This document shows, one piece after another, positions 25,124-36,604 of a stretch of 64,000 nucleotides of DNA. The translations under genes were made by a program, and so were the position numbers. Numbering within the stretch: position 1 is the first letter of the stretch; each line of letters starts with the position of its first letter. This DNA comes from a virus. The stretch spans positions 61,102-125,101 of the IMG/VR virus record IMGVR_UViG_3300005563_000030. The stretch is one strand, 5' to 3'. The notes beneath the pieces were generated by a model. It was given only the letters and a program-made list of their open reading frames with translations. It did no database searches and was not told the origin of the DNA.

Positions 25124-26891
25124 ATAAACGCATTCAATTGGACGGTTTCTAACCAAATGGTTTATTTCGGGAGAAAAATGAGAGTGATAACACATGAAAG
25201 AAGTCCTATTCTTAGGCTAGTGAGATGTGTTATCCTCTTTATTCTTTACTATTCTTATAAGAAACAAACAGATTAATATGAAAGTATTAGCTATTTGGCT
25301 GACTATTATTGCAATTGTGTTCATATTTAGTTGGTTAATCATGAGAAAGGTGAAGAATGATGATGACGAATAAGTTTTTGTGGGTGTGGAGTGGTTGAGA
25401 CTGAGTAAAACACACTCTAATAGACATATTTCTACCTGTGTAGGAATAAGCACTAACAATAATTAATTCTATTGCATTTATGAAACATATTTGTTATAAA
25501 TCCAGAAAACAATTAGTCTCTATATACGGAGAGAGTATTGGTAATATATTACATAAAGTAATAGTTAATAGGAGAGAAAGAAATAGAATATCTGGTGTAG
25601 TAGAGAATTGGTTTAGTTTCAGTCTCTATCCTGAGTCAGGACATTTACTATTGGCTTCATTCTGTAAATAATTAGAGAGCTATTAATTTAGCTCTCTTTA
25701 AATACTATTAAATATATGTTTATACACACTAAAAGTGGAGAAGTTTACAAGACAGGTGAAATATTTATTAATATAGAAGATAATTCTATTTCATTTGAGG
25801 ATTATTATAGTGAAGTGGCTCCTCAGAAGAATATAGCGCTTGTAAACATCGAGAAAATCATTGATCACACAGTCTAAATTGTCTCCTATATGAAGAAATG
25901 GATTCCTATTTATGGGCTCTATAAGTATGTTCATTTAGAGCATTCTAATCTCAGAGGCCCATTTATTTCCTATCATTTACTCTGTTTTGCACTGTTAGTT
26001 GTAGCGATATTTGCAGGCATTCAGGTATGGGTGTATTATTTAACTCACCACTAATCTCTTCTATTATGGACTTTAACAGAATAGGTATTAATGACACACA
26101 TATATATGGTAGTTTGTTCATTAATACTCGAATGGTCATAGATATGAATAATATGATTGTTCATTCTATTGAATGTGAAGTTTATGATAATGAGGGGCAT
26201 AAGGTGGTATTTAATGGTACATACGAAGAGTGTTATAACTATATTCTCAATCTTAATAAAGGGGTTGAGAATGTGGTTAATGCTATAGCACGAGGCCCAG
26301 TAACGCCGTATGAATTCGGGTTTGAAGCTGGGCTTAATCAAAGTAACGATCCCAATCCTTGGCAGGTTGATACAATTGAATGGGATGATTGGAATATGGG
26401 ATATAAAGACGGATTACATGAACACGAAAGCGAGGACAATCCAAGAGAGGATTAAACAATTGCTAGAACGCAATAACATATCCTACTCTCGCCATACAGC
26501 AGATATTGGGGAGTATTATATGGTGATAGGATCAATAAGAGGCAGGGATTCACGGATTCCTGCTTCTATTGTACAAGAACTATTACATATGACTGTTCAT
26601 TCTGCTGTTAAGATTGGGGCTGTAATAGACCCAATTGACAAAACACGTGCTAATATAGCAATTTATTTCTAAATTATGTATTATGTACGAATTGACATTA
26701 GAGGAGATTAATTTCCTCAGATGGCTATTGGATAGAAACCAATCAGCTAGTAGTGAGTTAGATGTGGAAATTAAAGTTCTACTGTCTGATTATCAAGCAG
26801 AGCTGTTGGCTTCTATCCAGAACAAGTTAAAATGGTTATCATCTTATTAATCAAAAGCCACTAGGAATGGTGGATAAACTATTCAACTCTC

Positions 26892-27254
26892 ATGAATCTC
26901 GATACTATTTTACGGATTCTCTATGCTAATAACATGACAGAAGTTATTGTATTAGCTACAAAGATTGACAACAATGTTACTAGTCCAGAAGATAAAATGG
27001 CTGGTCAAACTGTTAGTGTTCGCGTTAATAAGGAGGATCTTGCTAAATTAGGTTTGAAACCAAAAGACCCTAATAGCAGAGAACATTGGTTCAATGTTGA
27101 ATTTCCTGTTCTTGCAGTTAATCAATACGCTCTGAAAGAGAAGTATTTGGTTGAAGTGTTGGGAAAGGCCAAGTGGGTAAGTGATGAAGAGATTGGATAT
27201 GGTGTTGCTGAACCTGTTGAAGAATACGCCGCTAATATTGCACCAATTAATTAA
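26892..27254 (+). CDS. Hypothetical protein
   Basis: 120 aa ORF. Confidence 0.6.
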   Translation: MNLDTILRILYANNMTEVIVLATKIDNNVTSPEDKMAGQTVSVRVNKEDLAKLGLKPKDPNSREHWFNVEFPVLAVNQYALKEKYLVEVLGKAKWVSDEEIGYGVAEPVEEYAANIAPIN

Positions 27255-28865
27255 TATTCTTTTGATTAACCCAATATCCAGAAATGGTGAGGGTTAATCT
27301 CCCTATTATTATGGAAACACAAAAAGATATTATTAGTTATCTCAATAAGAATGGAATAATATATAATGAAGCTAGACACACTCAGCGTGCATTATTATTA
27401 TCTGTTGACACAATAAATCGTTCTAGGACTAAGAAATTATTAGACCTTGGCGTTACTGAATTCACGGCAGTATCAGACCGTGGAGTTATCAAGATTTGTA
27501 TAACATTTTAACAGAAATGCTATGTTAGACAATAAAGACGATAATATTGAAACTCGTTCAGTTTCTGAATTAGTAGGATATGAAAATCTACCAGAAGCCA
27601 ATTATGGTAGTTACAGTGACATATCGGACATTCAAGGACGTATTTGTGAGATTGATGATATGTTGAATGATTTACACATTCAGTATGATTATGAGTATAA
27701 TACTGAAATAGGTGAACAAATTCAAAAGTTAGAAGCTGAACGTAGGGAACTCGTTGCAAAGACATTAAGATAATAAAGAATTTTTCATATGGCAAGCAAT
27801 CGTTGAGTCCCGGTGTGTCTACATTGGGGCTATTTCTTTTAAGCTTGTTAAAACTAATTGCGGTGGCGAACTACTAGTATTCCTGTGTAAACCTGTCCAA
27901 CATAGAGAGTATTGATTAGATAGGCTGCCGCATTTTTTTCTTTTAATCCTCAAATGTACATTATGTACCTTATAACTCCCGATCAGAAAAACTTCTTACG
28001 CGTGTTCGACAGAGAAATAGCTGAAAGACTCGCGGATAATATTGGTGGTACGATAATGACTACCATTAAGCCTACTGAAATAACTGTCATTAGTTATAAT
28101 GGCGAGGATATTCATTTGGCTATTTTTAAGCGTGATGAAGGTGTTACCTATGCACATATGAATAAATTAGAGTACACCACTAACTTCGGAGAGACAATTG
28201 ATGGTAAATACTATCACTTCGGAGAAAAAGTCGTGCTAAGAGTGAACAAAACTGATTTTCCTGAAATTAAGCGTAAAAATAGTTAGTATGAAAGATTTAA
28301 TAATCAGCGCATTAGCTTGTGTATTTGTAATGTCTTTGGCTTTTATTATGGGACAAGCATGGACAAATCAGCAATGGAAAGAACGCATTTACCAATGGGA
28401 TTGTAATGATCTCAACAACTTCTATTCAAATAGTTCATGGAAATATCAGGAGGGACATAAATTAGATCTTCCTGAAGAAATATCTCAATTAGAAGTTTAC
28501 GATTGTGATAGTGTAGATCTCATGGCATCATTTATTGATGACGTTGGAGATATACGTTTTTTATATACTGGGAAGAAATATCCTAGTGATTCCTTACTTT
28601 TAACCCGTTAAGTTATGTATGTAGTATTCGACGATGGCACAGTCCATGAAACAGATGATTTGAAATTGGATCATAAAGAAAATATTGCTGCGTATACCGC
28701 AAAGCATGATAATGATCCAAGACAGGTGGATATTGGTAGAATTGAGTCGTTCTCAAATATCTACGTTGCACCTGTTCGCAAGATAGATCCTGATCTTGTG
28801 CATGGTTAAGTCTTTAAGTAATTCATAAAGTATATATTGTAGGGGAGCCATTTCTATGGTTCCCA

Positions 28866-28921
28866 TCTGTATGTGGACTATTGTTCACACTGATGATGGC
28901 GTAATTGAGCGCCGAAACAGA
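28866..28921 (+). ncRNA. Type III hammerhead ribozyme
   Basis: TCTGT-A | TGTGGAC-TATT-GTTCACA | CTGATGA-T | GGCG-TAATTGAG-CGCC | GAA-ACAGA: full core and three stems. Confidence 0.85.
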
Positions 28922-28939
28922 AATATTCAAACCATTAAG

Positions 28940-29326
28940 ATGAAAAAGCTATTGTTGCTTTTAACTATGTTTATCTCTTTAGTAGTTATTGCTAAACCAT
29001 TACCACAGAACAAGCATGTAGCATTCAAAACGCGGGAAGTACCAACGGTAGACGTGTGGTATGAAACAAGTGAACGTCGTGTTGATATAACAGTCAGACG
29101 CGCATTCGCATACACTACATGTGAGTATACAACAGTTCAGGTAAGGTTGTATACTAGTTTTAAGTATGGGTGGCCAAGACAAACTTATTGGACGTGGCTT
29201 TGGTGTTCATGTTCTGTCACTATTCCTGCTGGTTCAGACACAGGTTATTTCTCGTTCTATTTAAAGGATGGGGAACAAATTGATGTCAATCAGTACATGG
29301 TAGATCCATTACAGTATTGTTACTAA
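28940..29326 (+). CDS. Secreted hypothetical protein
   Basis: Signal peptide MKKLLLLLTMFISLVVIA; ATG at 28940. Confidence 0.65.
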   Translation: MKKLLLLLTMFISLVVIAKPLPQNKHVAFKTREVPTVDVWYETSERRVDITVRRAFAYTTCEYTTVQVRLYTSFKYGWPRQTYWTWLWCSCSVTIPAGSDTGYFSFYLKDGEQIDVNQYMVDPLQYCY

Positions 29327-29558
29327 CTTGGTAAGAGGTATGATATAGTTCTTAAAAAATCCATCAATCAATAATCAATGACAAGCAACGGTACATTAGC
29401 GGTTTCCTTGTATTTCTTGATAGCAGCCGTACTACTGGCTGTTGTGTTAAGAATTTCGAGGAAAAAATGAAAAACAACCTAATAGGCTACATTTTGATAG
29501 CTATTGCCATCGTAATTTATTCAATCCTGATTTGTAATTTCTAAACCCATTATAAACA

Positions 29559-30272
29559 ATGAGAAAGATTCTTTTAATCCTAGCCCTTATAGTATCTATT
29601 GCTTCTTGTAAGAAGAGCATGGATTCTACACCTAAAGATCATCAGCGAGCTGCATACTTTGTGGGAGCTATTGGATCTGGTGGTGATACTGTATTTACCC
29701 CCGGAATGTGGGCTCGTGTCGAAACTGTAGGCTTAGTTGTAGCTGAAGACAGCAAGTTGAGAGCTGAACTGATGTCCTATCAAAATATCGGTGGGATTGC
29801 TTATTACACAGTTAGAATGACTAATAAGCAACCATATCAAGTAATCTTGAGATGGGGATGGGATAACATTAATCCTACTAGCATTCAACCGAATGATAGT
29901 ACTGCTAATACAGATCAAAGTGATGTACTGAAACCAAGTCAGGTTAAAGTATATACTGTGATTGGATTACCTAAGATTGGTAGAATTAAGGTACAGGCTC
30001 AACATATTAATAATGATGGAGCTAACTCAAGTACCTTGATAGTAGAGATCACAGCGGCTGTATTACCTGTCACATATTTAGCTCATAAAGCTTCATATGA
30101 TGATGTATTACACATTGTAACATTATCATTTACAGTGGATGATCCAACTCAGGCGGACACATATGTCATTCAAAGACAAACAAACGGTCCACGTGAGGTG
30201 ATATATCAATTCACTTCTGATAAGAAAACTAAATCTTACAACATTCCCATTTTCACAGATGAAAACAATTAA
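29559..30272 (+). CDS. Lipoprotein, beta-rich
   Basis: MRKILLILALIVSIASC lipobox. Confidence 0.7.
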   Translation: MRKILLILALIVSIASCKKSMDSTPKDHQRAAYFVGAIGSGGDTVFTPGMWARVETVGLVVAEDSKLRAELMSYQNIGGIAYYTVRMTNKQPYQVILRWGWDNINPTSIQPNDSTANTDQSDVLKPSQVKVYTVIGLPKIGRIKVQAQHINNDGANSSTLIVEITAAVLPVTYLAHKASYDDVLHIVTLSFTVDDPTQADTYVIQRQTNGPREVIYQFTSDKKTKSYNIPIFTDENN

Positions 30273-30694
30273 AATTATTATTGCAGCTACATTGCTGTTG
30301 ATCGGTATGTCCTGTTTTATTTCTTGTACTGGTGCCCGTCACGGGTGTTACGCAACGAGACATTTCTCAGGATATTAACTAATGATGGATGCCACAATAA
30401 CGCTAAGACCAGTTCATGTGTACATATGGAGTGGCATCCATCTTTCTTTAATCTTAAAGTTATGCCTCAAATTCAAAAGTATTTGGTAACTTATACAAGT
30501 TCTAAGCCAAACGAGCCTGCTATCAAAACTTATGGTATTTTCGCCAAAAAGTATAATCAGGCTATCAGTGAAGTACGTGTTTATATTAATAAGCATGGCT
30601 TACACAATTCCACTACTCACACATTTAATCTTGAAGCAGCTCCTTCTAATAAGAAAGCTGATGTAGAGATTGAAGATATTTCGGAAGAGGAATA

Positions 30695-30833
30695 GTTTAT
30701 GTGCATACAGGAAACACTCAGAGAGGTTCCCTGTAGGTCTATGTATAGAGCAATAGCTGAGACACTTTACGGAGAGTGTCAAGGCTATTGTTCTTTATGT
30801 AGGTTTAGGTCTATACGACGCTGAAACATAAAC
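30695..30833 (+). ncRNA. Unclassified multi-stem structured RNA
   Basis: GTTTATGT/ACATAAAC closing stem enclosing two long hairpins with many G.U pairs. Confidence 0.55.
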
Positions 30834-30843
30834 CTGTTTAATT

Positions 30844-31086
30844 ATGAAGAGACTCTTGTTGATCTGCGGAGTCTTTTTGTTCTGCACTGCTATAGCGCAG
30901 GATAAAAAGCCGTTGCCTAGCAATCACTGTCTAGGTCTTACGAAAAAGGGTGATTCTTGTCGAACTGTACCCAAAGAAGGCAAGTATTGCAAATGGCATG
31001 ACCCAAATGCAATGCGATGTGCTAAACAGGGCTGTCATATGCTAGTGTCCCACAAAGGAGACTATTGCATATATCACTTAAAATGA
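30844..31086 (+). CDS. Small secreted Cys/His-rich protein
   Basis: Signal peptide plus two CxxxxxxxxC...YCxxH repeats. Confidence 0.55.
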   Translation: MKRLLLICGVFLFCTAIAQDKKPLPSNHCLGLTKKGDSCRTVPKEGKYCKWHDPNAMRCAKQGCHMLVSHKGDYCIYHLK

Positions 31087-31400
31087 GTAGCTATGAGTAT
31101 AGTTGTTGACGACCACTATGCTATATTTATTCATTGTGATACCACAAATATTCAAATACCCATCGTCACTAAAGTTAATTCTGCACTCCATAAGTTCCTT
31201 GAACAGATGGGGAAACAGTACCTCGTAGGCTCATTAGAAGACTGCGAGAGGTTAGCCAATGATATTATAGCTGATGAGAAAGGAGAGTAATCTCCTTTCT
31301 CTTTAATGTTAATAGAACTAAAAGCCTGACAAGTAGAGAAAGAAATTGCTTAGAGATAAGCAAGTATGTTCTATTTATTAACATTAAAAACAGTTCAGTT

Positions 31401-31976
31401 ATGATTAAAGTGTTAAGACACGGGAATGTTATTTCCGTACAGAATCCAATCACGGGCGAGTACAACGAAATGATTAATGTCACATTTGTTGAAGAAGGAA
31501 GAGCTGGTGCAGATAAGGGGATGTTTGAAACATCTGCTTTCTTATCAGCTTTGACTGGAGAACAGGTAGGGCTTAGTCAATTAAGAACGCACACACATCC
31601 TGTGCTTTCTACTAAGATAGGATTATTTCCTGTCGGTCAGGAATTCCCTGGTCATATCAATCGTGGTATGTACAGTACACCGCAGATTCGTCAGCAACTT
31701 GACAAAGATGCTCGACTTATTGATGGTAGACCTACGTACTTCAAGACATGGATTTCTGAAAGAGCTGAGGATGATGTAGACATGCGTATGGATAATAATA
31801 TATTTGTGCAAGCAAACTCAAATGCATTATTTACTGCGAATGTTGGAGCCGCCAATGTGAATGTGGTTAAAGCAAACCGGCCTGAGGGTGGAAATCCGAG
31901 CAATACGGATGTAGAAGGTGCTAATTATGGACCTGCTAACGTGCTCGGAGATGCATTACAGAAAGGTCAACAATAA
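31401..31976 (+). CDS. Hypothetical protein (possible OB-fold ssDNA binder)
   Basis: 191 aa, followed by terminator at about 31983-32021. Confidence 0.55.
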   Translation: MIKVLRHGNVISVQNPITGEYNEMINVTFVEEGRAGADKGMFETSAFLSALTGEQVGLSQLRTHTHPVLSTKIGLFPVGQEFPGHINRGMYSTPQIRQQLDKDARLIDGRPTYFKTWISERAEDDVDMRMDNNIFVQANSNALFTANVGAANVNVVKANRPEGGNPSNTDVEGANYGPANVLGDALQKGQQ

Positions 31977-32520
31977 CCCGCAGTAGAGGGAGAGTTTTTA
32001 AGTCCTCTCCCTCTACATTTTTAAACCAAAACCAATGATCTGGTACTATCTGATTGAAACACTATCAGAGGAGGAACTTCGTCGATGTTCGATAGAGCTT
32101 ATATATAATAAATATAACTCTTCAGCATGGATGCAAGCTTTGATAGAGGGATCTGCTATTATGAAACGTGAATCTTTTCCATTCAATCCCAATTAACTAC
32201 CTGATTCTATTTTTTTCGCACCTAATGTTTTCTAAAACATCCATTATGATAAGCAAAACAAACAGAGTAGCGTTATTCTCTGATATTGGAAAGACCAATA
32301 TGTTTGTTTCTTCTAAGCCTCTGCATACCCGTGAAAACTGTCCGCTATGGAAAGACCCGGCACCAAAGGAAGAAGAGCACATCTATCAAAAGATTGGCCC
32401 TAATAAAGCTATTACTTTTGATAAGCGAACCGTAGTTCATTTTCTCGCAAACGAAGAGGTTATTCCTTGCGTAATTGAAAACAATGTAGCGTTATAATCA
32501 TTTTAATCAATTTTAATTCT

Positions 32521-33000
32521 ATGGAACTAAAACGAAGCATTTGGCTTGCTTCTACTAAGAGTATTGGCTCATATAGAAAGTTTAAGTTACACCACATTCC
32601 GAAAGATGTGAAGTTGGAACTAGCTCGCTATTCAACATTTGATGGCATTCCAAGAGCTGTTTTAGAAGACAGGATATTGAAAACCATTAAGCAGTCTTTA
32701 CGAGTACGTGGAATTAATTGGTTAGCGAAGATGCGCACTAGTTTTCTTAAGTATGAGAGTAAACTCACTCAACAAATTCGTGCCTTGGAAGGAGAGGTAA
32801 TACGAACCAAGAACATTTTGAAGGACCACTGGCCTAGTCTGGAAGATCCTAATACAAGTGTTGAAAGTGTTATCAGATATTACAAGTTGCGCGAAGATTA
32901 CCTAAAAGCTAAGATAAAACTGGAAAGTTTTGTTGAACATCGTAAGAATATCAAAAAGCGTTTAGAAACCGATGCTGATGGTATCTTACTGGAAAAGTAA
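32521..33000 (+). CDS. Hypothetical coiled-coil protein
   Basis: 159 aa ORF. Confidence 0.6.
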   Translation: MELKRSIWLASTKSIGSYRKFKLHHIPKDVKLELARYSTFDGIPRAVLEDRILKTIKQSLRVRGINWLAKMRTSFLKYESKLTQQIRALEGEVIRTKNILKDHWPSLEDPNTSVESVIRYYKLREDYLKAKIKLESFVEHRKNIKKRLETDADGILLEK

Positions 33001-33254
33001 TACTAACCAGTTTAATCTATGTCATGCAGTTCCACACTCCACAAAAAATAATGCGAGTAGAAGTTCCGACATTCGCCAAGAAAGGCGATGAAATCGTATG
33101 TCCTGAAAAGATATTCACAAAAGAAGAATATCCCCATTTAAAAAATGATCTGGTAAAAATTACAGGTCAGAATGGTCAGAAGATATATGTTAATCGGAAA
33201 AAGATTAGCGCTATGGATGTGTAATTCTTTTTAAATTTTATTCAATTGTCAATT

Positions 33255-33860
33255 ATGAATCTGAATTCCTTTATTGGATCTAAGAGTCCTGTTATTCTCG
33301 TAGCAAATGATACCCTCGAAGGTAAACCACTGATTACGCCATTTAAAGATGCCCAAGGTAACCCCAAAACTGATAACAATGGTAACCCTATCGGTAGCAT
33401 CCGTTTGGAACAGAGCCAGAACACGCTCAATGGTGGCTTCCTGAATGCTAGTACTCGTGTTGCATTCCTTGGTGCTTCTATCAAGGTTCTTGAAAAAATT
33501 ATCAACGATAACAAGCTTAAAGCTGGTTCACAAGTACCCGGTAAAATTGTGATTGAAGAGGCTTTGGAACCATTCCATCCCAATCAAAAGCCCAAAATCA
33601 ATCCACAGTCTGGTATGATAATCCAGATTGAAGTTGATGGTAAGCTGCACGACATTTATATGCGTATGCGCTATACAGATAAAGAAACTGAAACTGATTC
33701 ATTACTGCGTACAGCAGGAGCTGTGCGAAACGTGTTAAACGCTAGTGTGGTCAACAAAGCAGTAAATGAGATTCAGAATAAACCCGTCCCTGAACAAGCT
33801 GGCATTCCTGGGAATGACAAACCTGCTGAAGCTCCAGCAATGGAGAAAGTAGGTGGTTAA
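33255..33860 (+). CDS. Hypothetical protein (crAss-like conserved, possible SSB-like)
   Basis: GSIRLEQ...PGKIVIEEALEPF...PKINP motif. Confidence 0.55.
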   Translation: MNLNSFIGSKSPVILVANDTLEGKPLITPFKDAQGNPKTDNNGNPIGSIRLEQSQNTLNGGFLNASTRVAFLGASIKVLEKIINDNKLKAGSQVPGKIVIEEALEPFHPNQKPKINPQSGMIIQIEVDGKLHDIYMRMRYTDKETETDSLLRTAGAVRNVLNASVVNKAVNEIQNKPVPEQAGIPGNDKPAEAPAMEKVGG

Positions 33861-34387
33861 TCCGCCTGATATAACAAATATTTATTAACAAGTTGTGGTG
33901 TATAAGCTGGTACTGAATGCTACCAGCTTATATTTTTCCATCAAATTTCAATGCAAATGTTATGTTAGTATTTGTAAGAAAAGATAAGAAGAAAGCTAGT
34001 AGATTTTACAGCTTTACACAAATAAGTAATTATCTCCGCGACGAGATATTAACTAAACAAGAGCAGGATGAATTAGCTAGACGAGCCTTAAAACTCCTAG
34101 ATGCTTCTCATCTGGAATTTGATTTGATTGAATATTACAAGAATATATTTAATCACTACTTAAATTGTGAAGCATGTTCAAATTCCTAGCAATGATATTA
34201 GTTACTACACTGGTAGCTTATGGTGTTGCTTATGCAATTGTTCTTATAACTATGGGGTTGTTGGGATGTATTGTGGGATTGATATTAGTGGCATTAGCAC
34301 TAGCCTTCTTCATATTCATAACGAACAAACTTAAACCTTAACCCTTTTTTTTAACAGAAATTGTTTTAATCTCAAACATTAATAAAC

Positions 34388-35380
34388 ATGAAAAAGTTAA
34401 TCCCTGTATTAATTATCCTCTTTATTTTAGGTCTTGGTGGCTATAAGTACTATTCTTTTAAGCATCCGCAACCCGTAGAAATGAACACCATAACTGTTCC
34501 TGCTACGGATGGTACTAAAGTGAATACTACAGCTCTTACCGGTGGCGATATTGCTAAAGCCAATGCTTCCAGCCTGAATATTCAGATGGACCCTGTCATG
34601 AATGGTACCTATAAAGGTGTCGTTGAAGTAGGTGCCAGTGGGTTCAACGCCTTCGTTGTAAATATTGACAAAGACAAGAATTGGGAACTCGTGTCAAAAG
34701 AATTTGGTTCTTCTCTCGCATGGGAAGGCTTTGCTAATACGTCTGATATTTACACACAGTTGAAAACATACATTGGCTCCATTGCAAATAAAGGTGTAGC
34801 TGGTCGTAATATCCAGTTTGTAGTGTCATCTGGTGCCCTGAAGGTAAAGAATATTGAAATGGTGATGAAAGCTATTGAAGAGAAGGGATTTGTGGTAAAT
34901 CGCGTTACAGCCGATCAGGAAGGTAAGTTTGCTGCTAAAGCATCTATTCCAAAAACCTATCGTAATAACTCGTTTAGTATGGATATGGGCTCTGGTAATA
35001 CCAAATTAAGCTGGTTTGAAAATGGAACCTTGCATTCTATTGAATGTTCTGGTGCCAAATATTACGCAGCAGTTCCACCCAAAACAGATCAAGAAGTATA
35101 TAATGAAATTGTTACAGCTTGCAACAAAATTCCTAGCGCTTTGCGGAGCAATTGCTTCATTATTGGAGGCGTGCCTTCTACTTTGGCAAAGGAGTCCCGT
35201 AGCGGGAACGATAGGTTTACTCCTCTCAATTCCCCTGATAATTATAGTGCTGGTGATGATGTTAAGAAAAGATGTGGAATAAACATCTATCGTGCTGTTT
35301 GTGAAACTACTAAGTGCCAAAACTATATCTTTGACTGGGATGCCAATTTTACTATTGGTTATCTCTTATCAATGAATTAA
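34388..35380 (+). CDS. Membrane-anchored ASKHA-fold protein (Ppx/GppA/NTPDase-like)
   Basis: N-terminal TM helix; VVEVGASG, EGKFA and MDMGSGNTKL phosphate-binding motifs. Confidence 0.65.
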   Translation: MKKLIPVLIILFILGLGGYKYYSFKHPQPVEMNTITVPATDGTKVNTTALTGGDIAKANASSLNIQMDPVMNGTYKGVVEVGASGFNAFVVNIDKDKNWELVSKEFGSSLAWEGFANTSDIYTQLKTYIGSIANKGVAGRNIQFVVSSGALKVKNIEMVMKAIEEKGFVVNRVTADQEGKFAAKASIPKTYRNNSFSMDMGSGNTKLSWFENGTLHSIECSGAKYYAAVPPKTDQEVYNEIVTACNKIPSALRSNCFIIGGVPSTLAKESRSGNDRFTPLNSPDNYSAGDDVKKRCGINIYRAVCETTKCQNYIFDWDANFTIGYLLSMN

Positions 35381-35737
35381 GCCCCGTTTTAACTCCAATA
35401 TACTCTTTACATATCCTCTATTTCTTATAAGTAGAGGATATGTTCATTTTTAAAACAATTGTATGTGGATATTGTTTTGGATATTAGGTGCCTTATGTAG
35501 TTATTTATGCTGGTCAAGATTTCTTATTTATCATGATGACTATACAGTAAGAACTCGTGCTAAATTAATATTGTGGTCAATAGCAACATCATGGGCATGT
35601 GCCGCAGGATTATTATTCACACTCTGTATTTTAGGCATAATGCACATTAGTGATTATATTATTGATGAAGTTGACTGGGATAAAGATGTCAGATGGTAAC
35701 CCCTTTTTAACCCCCTTTTTTACTATCAAATTGTTTT

Positions 35738-36604
35738 ATGGTTAATATTAAATCCGCAGATCTTACTAGCTCTGGTCAGAAAGCCATAGCTGGTATTGTA
35801 TTAGTGCTTGTTTTAGTGATCCTTTACTTTGTATTACCCCCATTAATTACTATTCTTACTAATCTGTGGATTGCCGCTATCATTGGTATTCCTTTAGGAT
35901 TCTTCATCTACAACTACCAGATTATCTGGAGTATATTTAAGAAACTATCATGGGAAATGACCAAGAAGATTATTAGCGCTGATCCTCTGTGGCATATGTA
36001 TCAATACTATTACTACATGCAGAACAAGCTTAAAGAGTTACAAGCTAGTATTGTAGAAGTAGGTGGTATATATACCAAAACAGAGCGTTCTATCGCTGAT
36101 ATGGCTAAACAGCTTAAAGATCTACAAGAAGAAGCTATCCAGCATGAGAAGAGAGGCTCATCTGCTTCTATTATCAAATTAGTAGGTGGTAAGGTAGGTC
36201 TTTTACAAAAGCAAATAGACAATTTCCTACCAAAGCTGGAATTTATCAAAACGCAGAAGAAAGCCTTAACAGAGCTTTATGATGCTTGGAGTGTTGATAC
36301 AGAGTTATTGAAAGATACTCTGGATAGCAAAGCCCAAGAATATGAGCTTATGAAGACGCTTAATAAAGCGAACACTTCTGCTATGGCTTTCTTACAAAAA
36401 GATTCTCCTGAACTCAGAGAATATAAACAATCTCTGATTGAAATTGAGAATCAAGTATCTGATTATACTGCTAATATGGAAAACTTCCAACGTGAGGTTG
36501 CTCCACAATTAAGTCGTATGGCAGTTACTTCTTCGATTAACGAAGCCGACGGTGCTGCTATTATTGAGCAGTACAAACAGAAAAGGTTAACAGAGAAATT
36601 ATAA
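35738..36604 (+). CDS. Membrane-anchored PspA/IM30-like coiled-coil protein
   Basis: Two TM helices, then ADP motif and about 200 aa of helical heptads. Confidence 0.5.
   Translation: MVNIKSADLTSSGQKAIAGIVLVLVLVILYFVLPPLITILTNLWIAAIIGIPLGFFIYNYQIIWSIFKKLSWEMTKKIISADPLWHMYQYYYYMQNKLKELQASIVEVGGIYTKTERSIADMAKQLKDLQEEAIQHEKRGSSASIIKLVGGKVGLLQKQIDNFLPKLEFIKTQKKALTELYDAWSVDTELLKDTLDSKAQEYELMKTLNKANTSAMAFLQKDSPELREYKQSLIEIENQVSDYTANMENFQREVAPQLSRMAVTSSINEADGAAIIEQYKQKRLTEKL

Noticed and set aside
28856-28939. Upstream start (MVPICMW...) for ORF 28856-29326
   Set aside because: Overlaps the hammerhead ribozyme; the signal peptide begins at ATG 28940.
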